From Setoptus koraiensis (taxonomy: Eukaryota; Animalia; Arthropoda): 64,000 nucleotides of DNA. The first letter of the stretch is position 1; every line of letters begins with the position of its first letter. The translations under genes and the position numbers were made by a program. Shown here piece by piece: positions 61,298 to 64,000 of this stretch. The notes under the pieces were generated by a model. It had not been told where the DNA came from. It did no database searches and worked only from the letters and a program-made list of their open reading frames with translations. The stretch lies in contig CM106586.1 of the NCBI GenBank assembly GCA_048013815.1, positions 16,058,001-16,122,000 of the forward strand, read 5' to 3'.

Positions 61298-62515
61298 ATG
61301 AAGGCAAAAAATCAAACTATTTCTAGCGATGTCGAGGCTAGAGACAAATTGATTATCTACGTATACGAATATTTGCTTCACAGTGGCTCTAGGAAAGCGG
61401 CACAACTATTCTTGGAAGAAATTAACTATGAGAAAAACATACAAGCCTCCGAATCGCCTGGCTTCCTTGTCAATTGGTGGTGCGTCTTCTGGGATCTATA
61501 TTGTGCGGCCCCAGACAAACGAACAAATCAAGCAGAACCCTCTCAGGAAGCCAGAATGTTTCATGAATTCACCTCACATACACACAGGACAGGCTTATCG
61601 CCACAACCATCACCACATAATCATCAAATGATGCACCAGCAACCACCACCACCGCCATCATCATACATGCGATATGGCGGACAACCGCAGCCACCGCCGC
61701 CACATTCCGGTCAAATGAGAGGAGGCCCCGGCCCCATTATTAGAAATATGCACGGCCCATTAGGGCCAGCCGGACCTCATCCACAAATGGATCAGTTTGG
61801 ACACGGACCGGGAGGCCCACCGCCGCCGCACGCCAGCGGACCCTCACTAGGGGGACCGCCGCCGCCTAACATGGACGGATTAGGTCGATCGGGACCCATG
61901 TGCCCCGGTGGCTCTCATAGAGGGCCCATAAATGCGCCCCGTGCTCAACACCCTAATGCTTATGCTCCTATGGGCCCGCAAAGAGGCGGACCAATGGGCG
62001 GAGGAGTTGGCGGTTGGCAAGGTAATTCGAATGTAAACTACAATGTCAATTCTCAATCACCTGCCGGGCAACCCATCTACGGACCTCCGCAACCAGTTAC
62101 AGGAGGCGGACCAGGAACGCCTGGCATAATGCCAAGCCCACAGGGTTCTGGTCCATATTCACCAGCAACAACTGCACCTGTCAGAGACACTACACCCAGT
62201 AGCCAAGATGGCGGACAAGGAATCTATATGATGAAAAATGTACCTAGTGGAAATCCCATGGGCCAACCTAATTTTGGTCCCATGAGCGGACCCAGCGGTA
62301 TGGGCTCGATGATGATGCCGGAAAACATGATGGAACCGGTGAAAAGTTCTCCAGCTTCGCCTAGACCTGATGATTATGCTATCCCTAGTTATGACCAAGA
62401 GAATGATCAACAGAGTGAATCCGCTGAGGTCTTAAAATTAAAACAGAATTTACAGGAGGAAGCCAAAAAGCTTACGTACGATAAAGAACAGACAAACGAG
62501 TACGACACGTACTGA
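61298..62515 (+). CDS. Ssdp: Single-stranded DNA-binding protein Ssdp (SSBP2/3/4 family), intronless
   Basis: LUFS/LisH domain ARDKLIIYVYEYLLH..GFLVNWWCVFWDLYCAAPDKR, Pro/Gly/Met-rich middle, acidic C-terminal end. Confidence 0.96.
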   Translation: MKAKNQTISSDVEARDKLIIYVYEYLLHSGSRKAAQLFLEEINYEKNIQASESPGFLVNWWCVFWDLYCAAPDKRTNQAEPSQEARMFHEFTSHTHRTGLSPQPSPHNHQMMHQQPPPPPSSYMRYGGQPQPPPPHSGQMRGGPGPIIRNMHGPLGPAGPHPQMDQFGHGPGGPPPPHASGPSLGGPPPPNMDGLGRSGPMCPGGSHRGPINAPRAQHPNAYAPMGPQRGGPMGGGVGGWQGNSNVNYNVNSQSPAGQPIYGPPQPVTGGGPGTPGIMPSPQGSGPYSPATTAPVRDTTPSSQDGGQGIYMMKNVPSGNPMGQPNFGPMSGPSGMGSMMMPENMMEPVKSSPASPRPDDYAIPSYDQENDQQSESAEVLKLKQNLQEEAKKLTYDKEQTNEYDTY

Positions 62516-62923
62516 CAAAACAATTAAACAAAAAAAAAGACGAAGCAAAATTAAATACGGCATCTTGAAAGTGCGAAAAATGTGATCATTTTGCGCACCG
62601 TTTAGACCGTTTTACTGTAGATGGATTCGATAAATTCTATTTATCAGGTGGCAAAATCAATAATAAGAAATATTCTCTATAATAATAAAAAAAAATGTAT
62701 ATCAATCTAGCTTAATGATCTCATCTCTTTTTTATTCGTTTGTCGGATGCTTGACATAGAACTGCCATATTGTTGACAACTTAGCCTTATTTAACACATT
62801 CACCTGATTAATTGTCCGTTGAGGTACTGTGAATTGGGTTTCAATTCAAGACAAAAGTATGCTGCACTAGCAGATAATGAATTCCCTCAGATTTAAACCG
62901 AACGCGACGTCGTGATCATCAAC

Positions 62924-63481
62924 TCATCTTCCATGATGTATGGTGTGATGGACTTTTGCCGCCATGTTGTGGACTGTTTTGTGGACAGTTTTGTGGATCA
63001 ACTTTCGTAACTTTTTCTTTTTCTTGTCCTTCTTTTTCATTGCTTTCTTGTTTGCCTTGGTTATGGCATCTAAGAATCTAGGCCTAGATTCGCCATAACT
63101 ACTCGAATTGAGGGGAAACTCTATCATGCTTCCGATGACACTGTTTTCTAGTTGGGTCGTGTTGTTCGAGTTGACTCGTTCAAGATCCATGACATTCCTC
63201 GTATGCCCGATTTCTTTTTGTTCTTTTGTCTCAAATTTCACCATTGGTAGTTGATCGACAGTTTGCGTTTTGTAGCCACTTTTTTGTTCACCGGTGTTGT
63301 TTTCCAAATGTTTGCTGTCGACCTCACCATGAGAGGCCCATCTCGCTAGCAACAATTTCTTTCCATCTGATACAGACTCCTCTTGATTGGTTGGCGAAAG
63401 AAGAGTACTGAGGTAAAGAGATGTGAGCATAAATCTCAGTAAAAATGTGCAATTTCGATGGGAGTTTTTTGGACCGAACAT
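62924..63481 (-). CDS. Putative secreted orphan protein with a Lys/His-rich C-terminus (185 aa)
   Basis: Hydrophobic N-terminal FLLRFMLTSLYLSTLLSP; tail KKAMKKKDKKKKKLRKLIHKTVHK..HHTIHHGR. Confidence 0.65.
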   Translation of the reverse strand: MFGPKNSHRNCTFLLRFMLTSLYLSTLLSPTNQEESVSDGKKLLLARWASHGEVDSKHLENNTGEQKSGYKTQTVDQLPMVKFETKEQKEIGHTRNVMDLERVNSNNTTQLENSVIGSMIEFPLNSSSYGESRPRFLDAITKANKKAMKKKDKKKKKLRKLIHKTVHKTVHNMAAKVHHTIHHGR

Positions 63482-64000
63482 CTTTGTTGAGTGCTGATTT
63501 CATCAAGAAACAGTTTCCTCGTCTCATCCGGGAAGCTGAATCTCGCAGGAATAAGTTTATGCATTTTGGTTGTCAGTATCTGTAGATTTACATAGAGACA
63601 TAGATGTGAAATAGTATTTATAATAGTTATATAATATTGCCAACTTAAGCGGTCTACCGGTCTGTCATCGCGCGGGCTGCAACACTGAACACACATTCAC
63701 GTATCTACTAATTAGCGCTAATTACTAAAACAAACATTCGCTCAACTTTTTCATAAAAAGAGAACTCGCAACAACAAAAACAAAACTGTCAAGATTCATT
63801 CGAGGTGGGTTCTAAATCAAATCACATCGACCGAGCTTGATGGCTATGACACGAAATGCAACCAGCAATAATTACTGATAATATATTATTATTAACTCAT
63901 TCACAAAGTTCCGAGACTAGAGAATGTATTCATCTCACTTTAATATCAGGAAGATTCTTATTATTATTTGATTTTTATTGATATGAAGTTGTACCTTAAC

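Overview
Eukaryotic (animal, arthropod-type) genomic DNA, not prokaryotic: GT-AG introns, a homeobox gene and no operons, rRNA, tRNA or CRISPR. Genes are very densely packed (convergent stops 45-85 bp apart) and nearly intronless, which suggests a miniaturised mite genome such as an eriophyoid; this is inference and the taxon cannot be confirmed from the window. About 20 genes are recognisable: a Ptp36E-like dual-domain PTP, a secreted Gly/Gln/Met protein, CSDE1/Unr, PICK1, roadblock dynein LC, Aha1 N-domain, an acidic repeat protein, a coiled-coil orphan, UBE2D, Hsp10, EMC1, LC8, a BMP-type ligand, LYSMD3, GPD2, vnd/Nkx2.2 with an ~18 kb upstream non-coding domain, TRIAP1/Mdm35, ATP9, Ssdp and a secreted basic orphan. 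Main discoveries: (1) a 58-aa TRIAP1 gene missed by the ORF track whose stop overlaps the ATP9 start as TAATG; (2) a ~1.1 kb spacer at 59.2-60.4 kb built from fragments of importin-alpha, Derlin-1 and possibly Aquarius, carrying three pri-miRNA-sized fold-back hairpins copied from those coding fragments; (3) an inverted decayed 138-bp copy of ATP9 34 kb away; (4) repeated domain loss in conserved proteins; (5) probable alternative first exons for PICK1 and vnd. All homology calls come from motif recognition, with no database search.
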